A stretch of 36,174 bases of DNA from a candidate division NPL-UPA2 bacterium (GCA_018725205.1 QLUB01000001.1:1-36174), one strand, 5' to 3'. Numbered from the stretch's first letter, positions 9,600 to 18,936 are shown. The notes: generated by a model not told the origin, from the sequence alone. A program made the numbers and translations.

Positions 9600-10636
9600 G
9601 GATCAAGAAGGTTGTCGCCAAAGACATGCAGGTTGCATTGCACATGCTACGCAAGGAGTTAGGCTCGGAAGCCGTGATTGTCAGTTCGCGCACAGTGAGG
9701 GAGCCCGGTATCCTAGGGTGGTTTCGGCCTGCCAAAGTGGAAGTGACTGCTGCTGTGGAGCGTGTAACGGAGGCCCGCCTAGAGCCGGATGATGCTCTGC
9801 GCAGTGAGCTCATGGAAATTAAAGCAATGCTTGGCACCATGGGCGCTGCTTCCATCAAGGCGTCCCCTAAGGGGGTGCCCCCCGCGCGGTGGGCGGAACG
9901 CTTCCGACTTGCTGACCTTAGTCCGGAGGTGATGGCTATACTTAGCGAGCAGCTCGGGACGGGAGATAAAACGGCAGATGAGGAAAAACGGGTGCTTGAA
10001 CGCCTCGCCAAGTGCTTTTCGCCGTATGAACGCCCCAAGGGTAAACGGAAACGTATTCAGGCTTTTGTAGGGCCGACAGGCGTAGGCAAGACGACGACTA
10101 TCGCCAAGCTTGCCGCACAGCAGGCGCTGCAGGAGCAGAAGAAAGTCGCCCTGATTACCATAGACACGTTTCGCATCGGAGCAGTAGAGCAATTGAGAAT
10201 TTACGGGGACATCATCGGCGTGCCGGTGGCGGTGGTCGGTGCTCCGTCTGAGCTTACTGACGCGCTAACGGAGTTTAAGAGCAAAGATGCGATCTTCATC
10301 GACACTACGGGCCGATCCGCGCGTAAGCCCCTGCATGTTTCCGAGATGCGCGCCTATTTCGACGGCCTTTCCGATTTAGAGAAGTACTTAGTGCTCAGTT
10401 CCACCACGAAGAGCCGAGATTTGCTGAGCATATATAAGGCTTACTGCGAACTAGGTCTGGCGGCTACCATCTTCACTAAGTGTGACGAGACAGAAAGTCT
10501 AGGCGGCATAGTGGATTTGTGTTATCGCACTTCGATTCCGGTTGCTTACCTCACTAACGGTCAAAATGTACCGGAGGACATTCGGGAAGCCCATCCACAA
10601 GAACTGGCGCGTTTAGTCTTGGGGGTGAACGTATGA
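9596..10636 (+). CDS. flhF: flagellar placement SRP-type GTPase FlhF
   Basis: G motifs FVGPTGVGKTTTIAKLA, DTTGRS and TKCDET. The GTG start overlaps the flhA stop. Confidence 0.9.
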   Translation: MRIKKVVAKDMQVALHMLRKELGSEAVIVSSRTVREPGILGWFRPAKVEVTAAVERVTEARLEPDDALRSELMEIKAMLGTMGAASIKASPKGVPPARWAERFRLADLSPEVMAILSEQLGTGDKTADEEKRVLERLAKCFSPYERPKGKRKRIQAFVGPTGVGKTTTIAKLAAQQALQEQKKVALITIDTFRIGAVEQLRIYGDIIGVPVAVVGAPSELTDALTEFKSKDAIFIDTTGRSARKPLHVSEMRAYFDGLSDLEKYLVLSSTTKSRDLLSIYKAYCELGLAATIFTKCDETESLGGIVDLCYRTSIPVAYLTNGQNVPEDIREAHPQELARLVLGVNV

Positions 10637-11493
10637 AGTGGGATCAAGCGCACTTGCTGCGCCAACTCGTCGGTAAGGCTGCCCCGCGCCAGCGAGCGAG
10701 GGTTATTACCATCGTCAGCGGTAAAGGTGGGGTTGGCAAAACTAATCTGGTAGTTAATCTGGGGATTGCGCTGTCCAGAAACGGCAAAACAACTACCATA
10801 GTCGATGCAGACCTAGGATTGGCCAACGTCGACGTGGTGCTTGGACAGTACTTTGAGCATGACCTCGAGCATGTCATCAAGGGGGAAAAACGCCTAGAGG
10901 AGATCATTGGTTTTGGTCCTTATGGGCTGCGCATCGTCCCGTCTGCTTCGGGCGTGCAGGAAATGGCAAACATGAGCCCGGAGGAACGAGAGCGGCTCAT
11001 TACGGAACTAGCGACGCTTGAGTACAACACGGATTTCCTTATCTTTGATACAGGAGCCGGTATCTCCCGCAATGTCCTCGCTTTCGCTAACCTTGCCGAT
11101 GAGGTTGTCGTGGTGGTAACACCCGAACCTACTTCTATTGCCGATGCGTATGCTTTGGTCAAGCTCCTAGTTACCACGCGCGCAGCAAGCAGTATTGCCT
11201 TAGTAGTAAACCGTTCGCTGAGTATCGAGGATGGCAGAACCACTGGGGAGCGCTTTATGACGCTGGCTGAGCGTTTTCTCCGTCACAAAGTGCGGCTGAT
11301 TGGAGTAGTTTCGGATGATGTCTTAGTTAGCCAAGCGGTACGCAGACAGCATCCATTTGTCTTGAGCCATCCTGAGAGCACACCTAGCAGGCAAATTGAG
11401 GCTATCGCCCGTACCCTAGCCGGAGAGACGGTTTCGCCGGTTGCGGAACGGGGTTTGTTGCTTGGACTGAAGCGGCTTTTTGGGGGGAGATGA
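10633..11493 (+). CDS. flhG: MinD/ParA-type ATPase FlhG (YlxH/FleN)
   Basis: Deviant Walker A IVSGKGGVGKTNLVVNLG. Lies downstream of flhF with a 4-nt overlap. Confidence 0.88.
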   Translation: MKWDQAHLLRQLVGKAAPRQRARVITIVSGKGGVGKTNLVVNLGIALSRNGKTTTIVDADLGLANVDVVLGQYFEHDLEHVIKGEKRLEEIIGFGPYGLRIVPSASGVQEMANMSPEERERLITELATLEYNTDFLIFDTGAGISRNVLAFANLADEVVVVVTPEPTSIADAYALVKLLVTTRAASSIALVVNRSLSIEDGRTTGERFMTLAERFLRHKVRLIGVVSDDVLVSQAVRRQHPFVLSHPESTPSRQIEAIARTLAGETVSPVAERGLLLGLKRLFGGR

Positions 11494-11494
11494 T

Positions 11495-12139
11495 ATGGCT
11501 GTACCTAGGCTCCGGATCGGTCTCAAGCTAGAGGTTTGGCGGGAAGACAGCACTGTTACGTGGATTACACGCATCGAGGAAGTTCATGCGGAGAGTTTCG
11601 CTGTCTCTTCGTTCTTTGCTGGGGCAGAAGTGCAGGTGCTGCGTCCGGACGATGAGGTGAAGTGCCTGCTAACCGACAAAGAGACACAAGCGCAATACGG
11701 CTTTACGGCCCAAGTTATCCGGCGAGAAGTGAAGAGCGTGCCGCTGTATTACCTCTCCCGTCCTAAGAGCTTCGTGAGGATTCAAAGGCGCGCCTTTGTG
11801 CGGTTGCCGGTCTTAGTTCCTCAGTTGTTTAGGGCCTCTGAAGAAAGTGCTTGGCACAAGGGCTATTTGCTTGACTTAAGCGGGGGAGGCGCAAGAATTT
11901 CACATAAGTCTCCGCTCAACGTGGGGGAGCAGCTTTACCTGCAATTTACACTGCGTAAAGAAGATGGCGTACTTTTAGTACCGGGGAAAGTAGTACGTGT
12001 ACAGCGGACATCTGAAGCTGACCCAACGACTTTTCACAGCGGCATTCGGTTTGGGGCACTGCCGGAAACGACGCAAGACCTAATTGTAGGGTACGTCTTT
12101 GAACGCATGTTGGCAGGGCGTCGAAAGCTAGAGGTATAG
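11495..12139 (+). CDS. PilZ-domain flagellar brake-type c-di-GMP receptor (YcgR/MotI-like)
   Basis: Intact PilZ motifs: RRAFVR (RxxxR) and DLSGGG (DxSxxG). I prefer ATG 11495 (SD GGGGGGA at 11482-11488) over the track's TTG 11480. Confidence 0.8.
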   Translation: MAVPRLRIGLKLEVWREDSTVTWITRIEEVHAESFAVSSFFAGAEVQVLRPDDEVKCLLTDKETQAQYGFTAQVIRREVKSVPLYYLSRPKSFVRIQRRAFVRLPVLVPQLFRASEESAWHKGYLLDLSGGGARISHKSPLNVGEQLYLQFTLRKEDGVLLVPGKVVRVQRTSEADPTTFHSGIRFGALPETTQDLIVGYVFERMLAGRRKLEV

Positions 12140-12140
12140 C

Positions 12141-12857
12141 ATGGACAGAGACGAGCTAGTTCTCTCCTACCTGCCTTTGGTGCGGCGGATTGCGGGGCGC
12201 ATCTATATTCCGTCGCCAGAGGTCTTAGACCGGGAAGACCTTGTCGCGCACGGTGTCATTGGGCTCTTAGAGGCTGCCGAGAAGTTTGACCCCGCCCGGG
12301 AAACAAGCTTTGCCAGTTTCGCCTATCGGCGCATTCGGGGTGCCATGCTCGACTCTATTCGTGGCCTCAGCTTCAGCCCGCGTATGGTGAACGATCGCAT
12401 CAGCCAGTACCGCGAGGCCGAAGAGAGGCTGCTTGCTCTGGGAGAGGACGTCACAACAGAGCGTATGGCAGCAGAACTCAGCCTGTCGGTCTCCCAGATA
12501 CACGCGCTCCTTGCACACATGGCCCTGCGCTGCGTAGTTTCATTGGACCGCGTACTGTTTTCGGCCGACGGGGAAGAGCTGCAGGTAGCGCAAGTGGTGG
12601 GTTCTGCCGGCAGTCCTGATCCGGCGCGAGTGGCTGAAGAGAGTGAGTTGATGCAAGCCCTGGCGACAGCGCTCTTGCATCTGCCCCCGCGCGACCGCGA
12701 AATGCTGGCGCTCTACTACGTAGAAGAACTGACATTGAAGGAAATTGCCTGTGTCTTTGGTGTAACCGAAGGAAGAGTATCACAATTGCATAGTCGAGCC
12801 ATCGAATCATTGCGCCAGAATCTACGCCCTATGCGTCACGAAGGGGTGAAGCTGTGA
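12141..12857 (+). CDS. fliA: flagellar sigma-28 factor FliA/SigD
   Basis: Region 2 is GVIGLLEAAEKFDPARETSFASFAYRRIRGAMLD. Region 4 HTH is LTLKEIACVFGVTEGRVSQLHSRAIESLR. 238 aa. Confidence 0.92.
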   Translation: MDRDELVLSYLPLVRRIAGRIYIPSPEVLDREDLVAHGVIGLLEAAEKFDPARETSFASFAYRRIRGAMLDSIRGLSFSPRMVNDRISQYREAEERLLALGEDVTTERMAAELSLSVSQIHALLAHMALRCVVSLDRVLFSADGEELQVAQVVGSAGSPDPARVAEESELMQALATALLHLPPRDREMLALYYVEELTLKEIACVFGVTEGRVSQLHSRAIESLRQNLRPMRHEGVKL

Positions 12858-13189
12858 ATCTAGTGTTTTTTCTTGTGGGTGTTGTAACCGGCGGGGTGGT
12901 CTGCTATCTTTACTTGCAGAGTAGCAGACCAGCTGGGGCGGATGAACCACTCGCATTTAGGGTTCAGGCGCTGGAAGAGCAGTTAGCTGCCTTAGCCGCA
13001 GAGAGGACGAACGCGGGCAGTGCGCCGATGCGCAGTCCCCGCGCACGAAAAGTAAGCACTCCCACCGGCAAACAGGAGCGGGTGCTAGCTCTCTATCGCG
13101 AGGGCCTAGAGTGCGCGCAAATCGCCCAAGCAACAGGGGTGCCGCTTGGACAAGTTGAACTGCTGACACGTCTACACGGAAAGGAGTGA
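12854..13189 (+). CDS. small membrane-anchored protein with C-terminal HTH-like segment, function unknown
   Basis: The GTG start overlaps the fliA stop (GTGA). N-terminal TM segment is LVFFLVGVVTGGVVCYLYL, followed by a short coiled stretch. The C-terminus ERVLALYREGLECAQIAQATGVPLGQVELLTRLHG looks like a helix-turn-helix. Confidence 0.5.
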   Translation: MNLVFFLVGVVTGGVVCYLYLQSSRPAGADEPLAFRVQALEEQLAALAAERTNAGSAPMRSPRARKVSTPTGKQERVLALYREGLECAQIAQATGVPLGQVELLTRLHGKE

Positions 13190-13195
13190 ACCAGT

Positions 13196-13936
13196 ATGCT
13201 ACGTGGGCTCTATCAGGCTACTTCCGCAATGGTTATCGCCAAGACACGGCAGGAAATGATCAGCGGTAATATCGCGAACGCGGAGACGCCTGGATTCAAG
13301 CGCGATGATGTCGCCGAGGAAGTGTTTTCGGAGGCCATGTGGGTGGCGGAACTAGCGGGGCGCACTAGGCGGCTCGGTACAACCCTGACGCGCACTGCTC
13401 TTAGCGCCTCGGTTACAGACCATCGTCAGGGCCAGCTAGTGGAGTCACACTCGCCATATCACCTAGCCTTAAGTGGACAAGGTTTCTTTGCTGTGCAGAC
13501 GCCTCTGGGTGTACGCTACACGCGTGCAGGTGACTTTCGACTAGATGCTCAGGGTCATGTTGTGGACGCGCGTGGCGGGCGGCTGCTACTTAGCGACAGA
13601 ACGCCCCTAGATGCTCGGGGTAGGCAACTTAAGATTCTGCCAAGTGGCGAAGTGTTGCTTGACGATACTCCCGCAGGGCAGCTCCTTCTCGTTGACTTTG
13701 CTGACTTAAGCGGCTTAACTCGAGATGCCAATGGGCAGTTTCAGGGCGACGGCCTGATTGCCGTTGTCAGCCAAAGCAGGGTGCACCAATTTATGCTGGA
13801 ACAGTCTAATGTTGACATTGGGGAGGAAATAGTGGACATGCTCCTCACGAACCGCATTTTTCAGAGCGCGCAAAGGATAGTCGCGACTTACGACCAACTG
13901 ATGGAGCGGGCAAAAGAAATCGGCAGCGTCCGGTAG
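13196..13936 (+). CDS. flagellar basal-body rod protein (FlgF/FlhO-like)
   Basis: N-terminus MLRGLYQATSAMVIAKTRQEMISGNIANAETPGFKRD. C-terminus is LEQSNVDIGEEIVDMLLTNRIFQSAQRIV. SD AAGGAG lies upstream. Confidence 0.8.
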   Translation: MLRGLYQATSAMVIAKTRQEMISGNIANAETPGFKRDDVAEEVFSEAMWVAELAGRTRRLGTTLTRTALSASVTDHRQGQLVESHSPYHLALSGQGFFAVQTPLGVRYTRAGDFRLDAQGHVVDARGGRLLLSDRTPLDARGRQLKILPSGEVLLDDTPAGQLLLVDFADLSGLTRDANGQFQGDGLIAVVSQSRVHQFMLEQSNVDIGEEIVDMLLTNRIFQSAQRIVATYDQLMERAKEIGSVR

Positions 13937-13947
13937 GGAGGTGAATT

Positions 13948-14691
13948 ATGCTGCAGAGCATAAGGCGTAGTGTCAGTGGTCTTGTAGCGCAAATGAACCG
14001 GCTGACCTCAATTAGCAGTAACATTGCCAATGCGAAAACCGCCGGACACAAACGTCAAAGCGGCACTTTCAGCGAATTGCTGGTGCAGGCGTTTGATGAA
14101 AGGAATGTCCCGCTTTTGAGTCCCCAAGGTAGGTTTGTGCACGGTGTAGAGTACAGGCCGGAGACTGTTTTTTCGCAGGGAGACCTAGTGCCGACAGGGC
14201 GGGCCTTAGATATTGCCTTGGATGGCAGTGGCTTTATGGAACTATCTGATGCGCGGGGGCAGCCTGTTTTTGTGCGCGGGGGCAGCTTCTCGCTTGACGC
14301 CGGAGGGCGGCTGGTGCATTCCTCAGGCGCTGCGGTGCCGGGGGTAACCATCCCAGTCGAAGCACAGGTGATTGACATAGATTCTCAGGGAGTAATAACG
14401 TATGCCGTGGATGGAGCGGTCAATGTGGGTGGAGAGCTCCGTGTTGTATCGTTTGTTAACCCCGCAGGACTAAATCACTTAGGTCAGCTTGTATTTGCGC
14501 GAGGAGCAAACTCAGGTGAGGCGACAGCCGACTCGTCTGTGGTGAAGCAGGGGTTCCTTGAGTCTAGTAACGTTTCGTTGCTGCATGAGATGACAGAGCT
14601 CGTGAGAGCACAGCGGATGTACCAAACAAATGCTGCCGCCGTGCGAACCCTTGACGAGATGTGGGAGAGAAGTACCGACTTGCGGAGATAG
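13948..14691 (+). CDS. flgG: flagellar basal-body rod protein (FlgG/FlhP-like)
   Basis: N-terminus has SGLVAQMNRLTSISSNIANAKTAGHKR. C-terminus is GFLESSNVSLLHEMTELVRAQRMYQTNAAAVRTLDEM. SD GGGAGGTG lies upstream. Confidence 0.8.
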   Translation: MLQSIRRSVSGLVAQMNRLTSISSNIANAKTAGHKRQSGTFSELLVQAFDERNVPLLSPQGRFVHGVEYRPETVFSQGDLVPTGRALDIALDGSGFMELSDARGQPVFVRGGSFSLDAGGRLVHSSGAAVPGVTIPVEAQVIDIDSQGVITYAVDGAVNVGGELRVVSFVNPAGLNHLGQLVFARGANSGEATADSSVVKQGFLESSNVSLLHEMTELVRAQRMYQTNAAAVRTLDEMWERSTDLRR

Positions 14692-14706
14692 CTGGGAGGA
14701 TCGTGG

Positions 14707-15180
14707 ATGGAGTGTCCCGTAGGGATAGGTGAGTTTAGGGTGGCGGCTGCCCCCGGAATTCTCGTCACGCGCGGCTTAGGCTCGTGCGTGGGCGTAATAC
14801 TGTATGATGCTGACGTACGACTAGGTGGGTTAGCCCACATCATGCTTCCAAACAGCCGAGACTTCCTTAGCTTCAATAACCCATATAAGTTTGCTGACCT
14901 AGCAATACCTGCTATAATTGCCGAAATGCGCACGCGGGGAGCTAGGATGCTCAAAGCTCGACTAGTTGGCGGAGCACGCATGTTTGCCAATGGCGTGACA
15001 CGCGCCGGATTTGACATCGGAGATCGCAACGCGGTGCAAGCAAAACTGATGCTTGGTGCGTTGGCTGTGCCTGTGGTGGGTGAAGACTTAGGTGGGAGTG
15101 TTGGGCGCACGGTGCTGCTGGACATTGCTCTAGGTAGGGTTACAGTTCGCACAGTCGGCCACGGGGCGAAAATACTATGA
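14707..15180 (+). CDS. cheD: chemoreceptor glutamine deamidase CheD
   Basis: LVTRGLGSCVGVILYD...GGLAHIMLP contains the catalytic Cys and His context of CheD. 157 aa. SD GGGAGGA at 14694-14700. Confidence 0.88.
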   Translation: MECPVGIGEFRVAAAPGILVTRGLGSCVGVILYDADVRLGGLAHIMLPNSRDFLSFNNPYKFADLAIPAIIAEMRTRGARMLKARLVGGARMFANGVTRAGFDIGDRNAVQAKLMLGALAVPVVGEDLGGSVGRTVLLDIALGRVTVRTVGHGAKIL

Positions 15181-15956
15181 CCGAACAAGGCTTTGCTCGC
15201 TTTGCACAACAACTGAAGCATGAACATGGCCTAGACCTCTCCTTATATAAAGAGGCACAGATAAAGCGCAGGTTGTTAAGTTACATGCAGCGCTACTCCG
15301 TTGCCGACTACGGCGGATTAACGCACTACATATCGTCTGCTGAGAAGCGGAGTCACCTCGTGGACTACCTCGACATTAATGTCTCAGAGTTCTTCCGCAA
15401 TCCTGAGCTCTTTGTATATTTAGAGCAGGAGGTGTTTCGTCGCCTAACGGCGAAACAAAAGAGCTTGAGAGTATGGAGCGCAGGCTGTTCCATTGGCGCA
15501 GAGCCGTATTCGCTGGCCATCGCCCTTGCGGAGGCGCGAATTGCGCTCTCACGCGGCATATGGGGCACTGACCTAGACGCGGGGGCCCTACACCAAGCCG
15601 CACACGGTCTGTATAACGTGGCTGATGTCCGAAATGTGGGGGACAGCCGGCGGGAGCGCTACTTTGACTTGGAAAACGGGAACTTCAGGGTTAAGCAACT
15701 CCTGAAGTCAATGATTGAATTCCAGCGCCATGACTTGCTCTGCGACCCGATACCACATCGTTTCGACTTAGTTGTTTGCCGCAACGTAGCCATATATTTT
15801 ACTGAAGAGGCCAAGTTAGCGATGTTAAAGCGTTTCTCCGATTGCTTGCTGCCCGGGGGAGTGCTGTTCACCGGAGCCACAGAGAGCTATCCTACACACC
15901 ATACCTTTGGGTTTAGGCGAATTCACAGCTGTTTTTATGAGAAAGTAGGTGATTAG
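15177..15956 (+). CDS. cheR: chemotaxis protein methyltransferase CheR
   Basis: Contains SEFFRNPELF, the SAM site LRVWSAGCSIGAEPYSLAI, and DLVVCRNVAIYF. The ATG overlaps the cheD stop (ATGA). Confidence 0.9.
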   Translation: MTEQGFARFAQQLKHEHGLDLSLYKEAQIKRRLLSYMQRYSVADYGGLTHYISSAEKRSHLVDYLDINVSEFFRNPELFVYLEQEVFRRLTAKQKSLRVWSAGCSIGAEPYSLAIALAEARIALSRGIWGTDLDAGALHQAAHGLYNVADVRNVGDSRRERYFDLENGNFRVKQLLKSMIEFQRHDLLCDPIPHRFDLVVCRNVAIYFTEEAKLAMLKRFSDCLLPGGVLFTGATESYPTHHTFGFRRIHSCFYEKVGD

Positions 15957-16572
15957 TGTGCAATTTATCCCAACACTGCAACTTGACGTGATGAATGAAA
16001 TCGGCAATATGGGGGCGGGCCATGCCGCCACTGCACTTTCCCTGCTCATGGGACGCAAGGTAGACATGGCGGTACCGGAAACTAAGTTTCTCAGCATTGA
16101 AGCTGGCTGCGCGGAACTTAGTCGAGAAGGCGAAGTAGGGGTTGGCGTCGAAGTGGGGCTCAGTGGGTCCATCGATGGCCTAACGCTGCTTACTGTAGAC
16201 GAGGACGGCGCACTGCATCTCCTGCTGGCTTTCGGCGATATGCTGGCGGGGCAGGGGCTGGATGACGCATTGGCGCAGTCGGCCTTAATGGAGATCGGGA
16301 ACATTGTTACAGGATCATTCCTGACCGCAATTACCGATTTTCTCGGTGAATCGTCTTACGCGTTGCCGCCCCGCTTCATCCACGACTATTTTGACGCCTT
16401 TGTGTGTAACGTGGTTGTCGCGGGCTGCCGCAATGTAGATGGGCTCCTAGTGTTTAAGACGGAGCTTAAAGTAGATGATCGATGCGTTTCAAGCGACTTG
16501 GCTTTTTTGCCGTCGCAGGAGGCGTTTGGGTTGATTATGAACAAGATCTTATCTGCAGGGGGAATGAGTTAG
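15949..16572 (+). CDS. cheC: CheY-P phosphatase CheC
   Basis: Two E-x2-N motifs, each followed by Pro after roughly 22 residues: NEIGNMGAGHAATALSLLMGRKVDMAVP and MEIGNIVTGSFLTAITDFLGESSYALPP. Confidence 0.85.
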   Translation: MISVQFIPTLQLDVMNEIGNMGAGHAATALSLLMGRKVDMAVPETKFLSIEAGCAELSREGEVGVGVEVGLSGSIDGLTLLTVDEDGALHLLLAFGDMLAGQGLDDALAQSALMEIGNIVTGSFLTAITDFLGESSYALPPRFIHDYFDAFVCNVVVAGCRNVDGLLVFKTELKVDDRCVSSDLAFLPSQEAFGLIMNKILSAGGMS

Positions 16573-16935
16573 ATGTCGAAGCGAATACTGGTGGTGGACG
16601 ATGCGGCCTTTATGCGCATGATGCTGTCCGACCAGCTGACCAAAGCAGGGTTTGAGGTCGTCGGCCACGCGGAAAACGGCCTAGTCGCCATCACCAAGTT
16701 TAAGGAGTTGCGCCCTGACCTAGTGACGATGGACATCACCATGCCGGAGATGGACGGTATACAGGCGGTAAAGGAAATTCGCCGCCTCGACCCTGCCGCG
16801 CGCATTGTTATGTGTAGCGCCATGGGGCAACAACACATGGTTATGGACGCGATACAAGCCGGAGCGCGGGACTTTATCGTGAAACCGTTTGACCCCGGTC
16901 GCGTTGTACAGGCCGTAACTAAAGCGTTGTCTTAG
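16573..16935 (+). CDS. cheY: chemotaxis response regulator CheY
   Basis: 120-aa stand-alone receiver domain: ILVVDDAAFMR, phospho-acceptor context LVTMDITMPEMDG, and conserved Lys in FIVKPF. Confidence 0.92.
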   Translation: MSKRILVVDDAAFMRMMLSDQLTKAGFEVVGHAENGLVAITKFKELRPDLVTMDITMPEMDGIQAVKEIRRLDPAARIVMCSAMGQQHMVMDAIQAGARDFIVKPFDPGRVVQAVTKALS

Positions 16936-16946
16936 GTTGAAAAAGC

Positions 16947-17927
16947 ATGCGCAATGTACTTAGTCAGGCGGAAATCGATAGCCTACTGCAAAGTCTAGAA
17001 CAGGGCGAAATCAGCACAGAAGATTTGACAAAAGAGAACGTGCGGGTGCGCAAGTACGATTTCCGACGCCCGAATCGTTTCTCGAAGAGCAACCTCAGTG
17101 TCTTGTCGCTGATCCACGACCACTTCGCGCGGCAATTGGCAAACTTCCTGACTGCGTATCTGCGCGTGCCCGTGACCGCAAAACTCGCCACCGTGGATCA
17201 AGTGGCCTTTGAAGACCTAGTGGTATCACTGCCGGCGCATACGGTAGCCGCTGTGTTTGCTTTGACTGGCTATGGCCTAGGTATTATTAACCTAGGTTAC
17301 GATTTGTCGATTCCCATTATCGACCTTGTATGCGGCGGGAGTGGCGATGTTCCCAAACGCGGGCGCCCGATTACCGAAATTGAGGTCAACATGTATCGAC
17401 GGTTGATCAAATATATACTCGAACGCTACGAAACTTCGTGGAAGGACACGATGCCGCTCAGTTGCGTACTGCAGTCGCTCGAGACTAATCCTCGTCTCAT
17501 CCAGTCAATTCCCCCGCAGGAAATGGTGGCTGTCGTCACGCTGTCGCTCACCATAAACAAGGTGCAGGGCATTATCTCTGTGTGTCTACCCTTCATGACG
17601 ATCAACAGTATCATCAACAAGCCGACAGCTGATGCCGTTGAGGCGGGCAAGATAGACTATCGAGAGCGGTGGCAAGACAGGCGTAAAACTCTAGGGCAGG
17701 CGATGTTGTCATTAACGGCGATACTCGGAGCGGGGGAGATTACCGTACAGGATTTCCTGCACTTAACGGTAGGAGATGTTGTCGCCGTGGATAAAAAGCC
17801 GGGTGACTTAGTGGATCTGCTAGTAGAAAACCGCCGAGCATTCTCTGTGCAGCCGGGCGTGATGGATTCACAACTGGCGGTACAGGTGGTCGCTTCACGA
17901 TTAGGGGGAGATGATGAGCTTGACTAG
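16947..17927 (+). CDS. fliM: flagellar motor switch protein FliM
   Basis: N-terminal CheY-P binding peptide LSQAEIDSLL, then VRKYDFRRPNRFSK. 326 aa. Confidence 0.92.
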   Translation: MRNVLSQAEIDSLLQSLEQGEISTEDLTKENVRVRKYDFRRPNRFSKSNLSVLSLIHDHFARQLANFLTAYLRVPVTAKLATVDQVAFEDLVVSLPAHTVAAVFALTGYGLGIINLGYDLSIPIIDLVCGGSGDVPKRGRPITEIEVNMYRRLIKYILERYETSWKDTMPLSCVLQSLETNPRLIQSIPPQEMVAVVTLSLTINKVQGIISVCLPFMTINSIINKPTADAVEAGKIDYRERWQDRRKTLGQAMLSLTAILGAGEITVQDFLHLTVGDVVAVDKKPGDLVDLLVENRRAFSVQPGVMDSQLAVQVVASRLGGDDELD

Positions 17928-18936
17928 CAAGTACTTATCGCAAGATGAGATTGACGCCATCCTAAAGTTTGGCGTTAGCCCTGCCGTAGATCTGTCACCC
18001 GCGGAACGCGACGCTTTAGGCGAAGTGGGTAACATTTCGATGGGCACGGCCGCCACCACGCTTTCACAGCTGCTTAATCGTCGGGTAACCATTACCACCC
18101 CGCGCGTAAAGGTGCTAGGGATGAAAGAACTCCTAGCACAGTTCACGGTGCCTTATCTATCTTTGCTCGTTAATTTTACGGTCGGTATGTCCGGGTTTAA
18201 CTTATTCGTTGTGCGCACATCCGACGCCGCGGTGATTGCGGATCTCATGCTCGGAGGCACTGGGCATGTTGAGTCAGCGGAACTTGACGAGATCAAAATT
18301 AGCGCTGTTTCCGAGGCCATGAATCAGATGATTAGCACCGCAGCAACTTCTCTGCACTCTCTTTTCGGGCGTAAGGTGAATATCTCCCCACCCGAAGTAC
18401 TCATGTTCGACGTGCCCCCAAAGGAGGGTGTACTTGCCCACCTTGAACGCGAATCGTTGGCCGTAGTGGCTTTTAAGATGGTCGTAGGCGATTTGATTGA
18501 CAGTGAGTTGCTGCAGGTGATGCCTATAGCTTCGGCTAAACAAATGGTGGAGCACTTGATGGGAGGGTTAGCCTCTAGCAAAGAGAGCCCTAACACCCCG
18601 CCGCAGTCTCCAGAGGTGGCAGTTCACCGCGCGCAGTTCTCGCCTTTGCAGGTGCCTCTCCAGACAGGCCCAGGTCAAAACATAGACCTAATTTTGGATG
18701 TACCCCTACAGGTTTCTGTCGTACTTGGCAAGAGCAGGCGAGCCATCAAGGATGTGCTGGCTATGGGCGCAGGTTCGGTGGTGGAGCTTGACCGCATGGT
18801 GGAAGACCAAGTTGACGTGCTGGTTAACGGCACGCTAATTGCGCGTGGAGAGATTGTGGTGGTCAATGAAAACTTTGGTGTGAGGATTACCAGCATCCTC
18901 AGTCCGGCTGAAAGACTGCGAGAGATTAACAGGTAA
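17911..18936 (+). CDS. fliY: flagellar motor switch protein FliY (CheC-like domain fused to FliN C-terminus)
   Basis: N-terminus LSQDEIDAIL. CheC-type motifs are GEVGNISMGTAATTLSQLLNRRVTITTP and SEAMNQMISTAATSLHSLFGRKVNISPP. C-terminal FliN/SpoA domain is LQVSVVLGKSRRAIKDVLAMGAGSVVELDRMVEDQVDVLVNGTLIARGEIVVVNENFGVRI. Confidence 0.9.
   Translation: MMSLTSKYLSQDEIDAILKFGVSPAVDLSPAERDALGEVGNISMGTAATTLSQLLNRRVTITTPRVKVLGMKELLAQFTVPYLSLLVNFTVGMSGFNLFVVRTSDAAVIADLMLGGTGHVESAELDEIKISAVSEAMNQMISTAATSLHSLFGRKVNISPPEVLMFDVPPKEGVLAHLERESLAVVAFKMVVGDLIDSELLQVMPIASAKQMVEHLMGGLASSKESPNTPPQSPEVAVHRAQFSPLQVPLQTGPGQNIDLILDVPLQVSVVLGKSRRAIKDVLAMGAGSVVELDRMVEDQVDVLVNGTLIARGEIVVVNENFGVRITSILSPAERLREINR

Noticed and set aside
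14484-15227. 247-aa minus-strand ORF spanning the flgG end, all of cheD and the cheR start
   Set aside because: It is antisense to three well-supported genes, has a low-complexity Ser/Pro/Thr/Arg-rich product, and shows no start context. Judged spurious.
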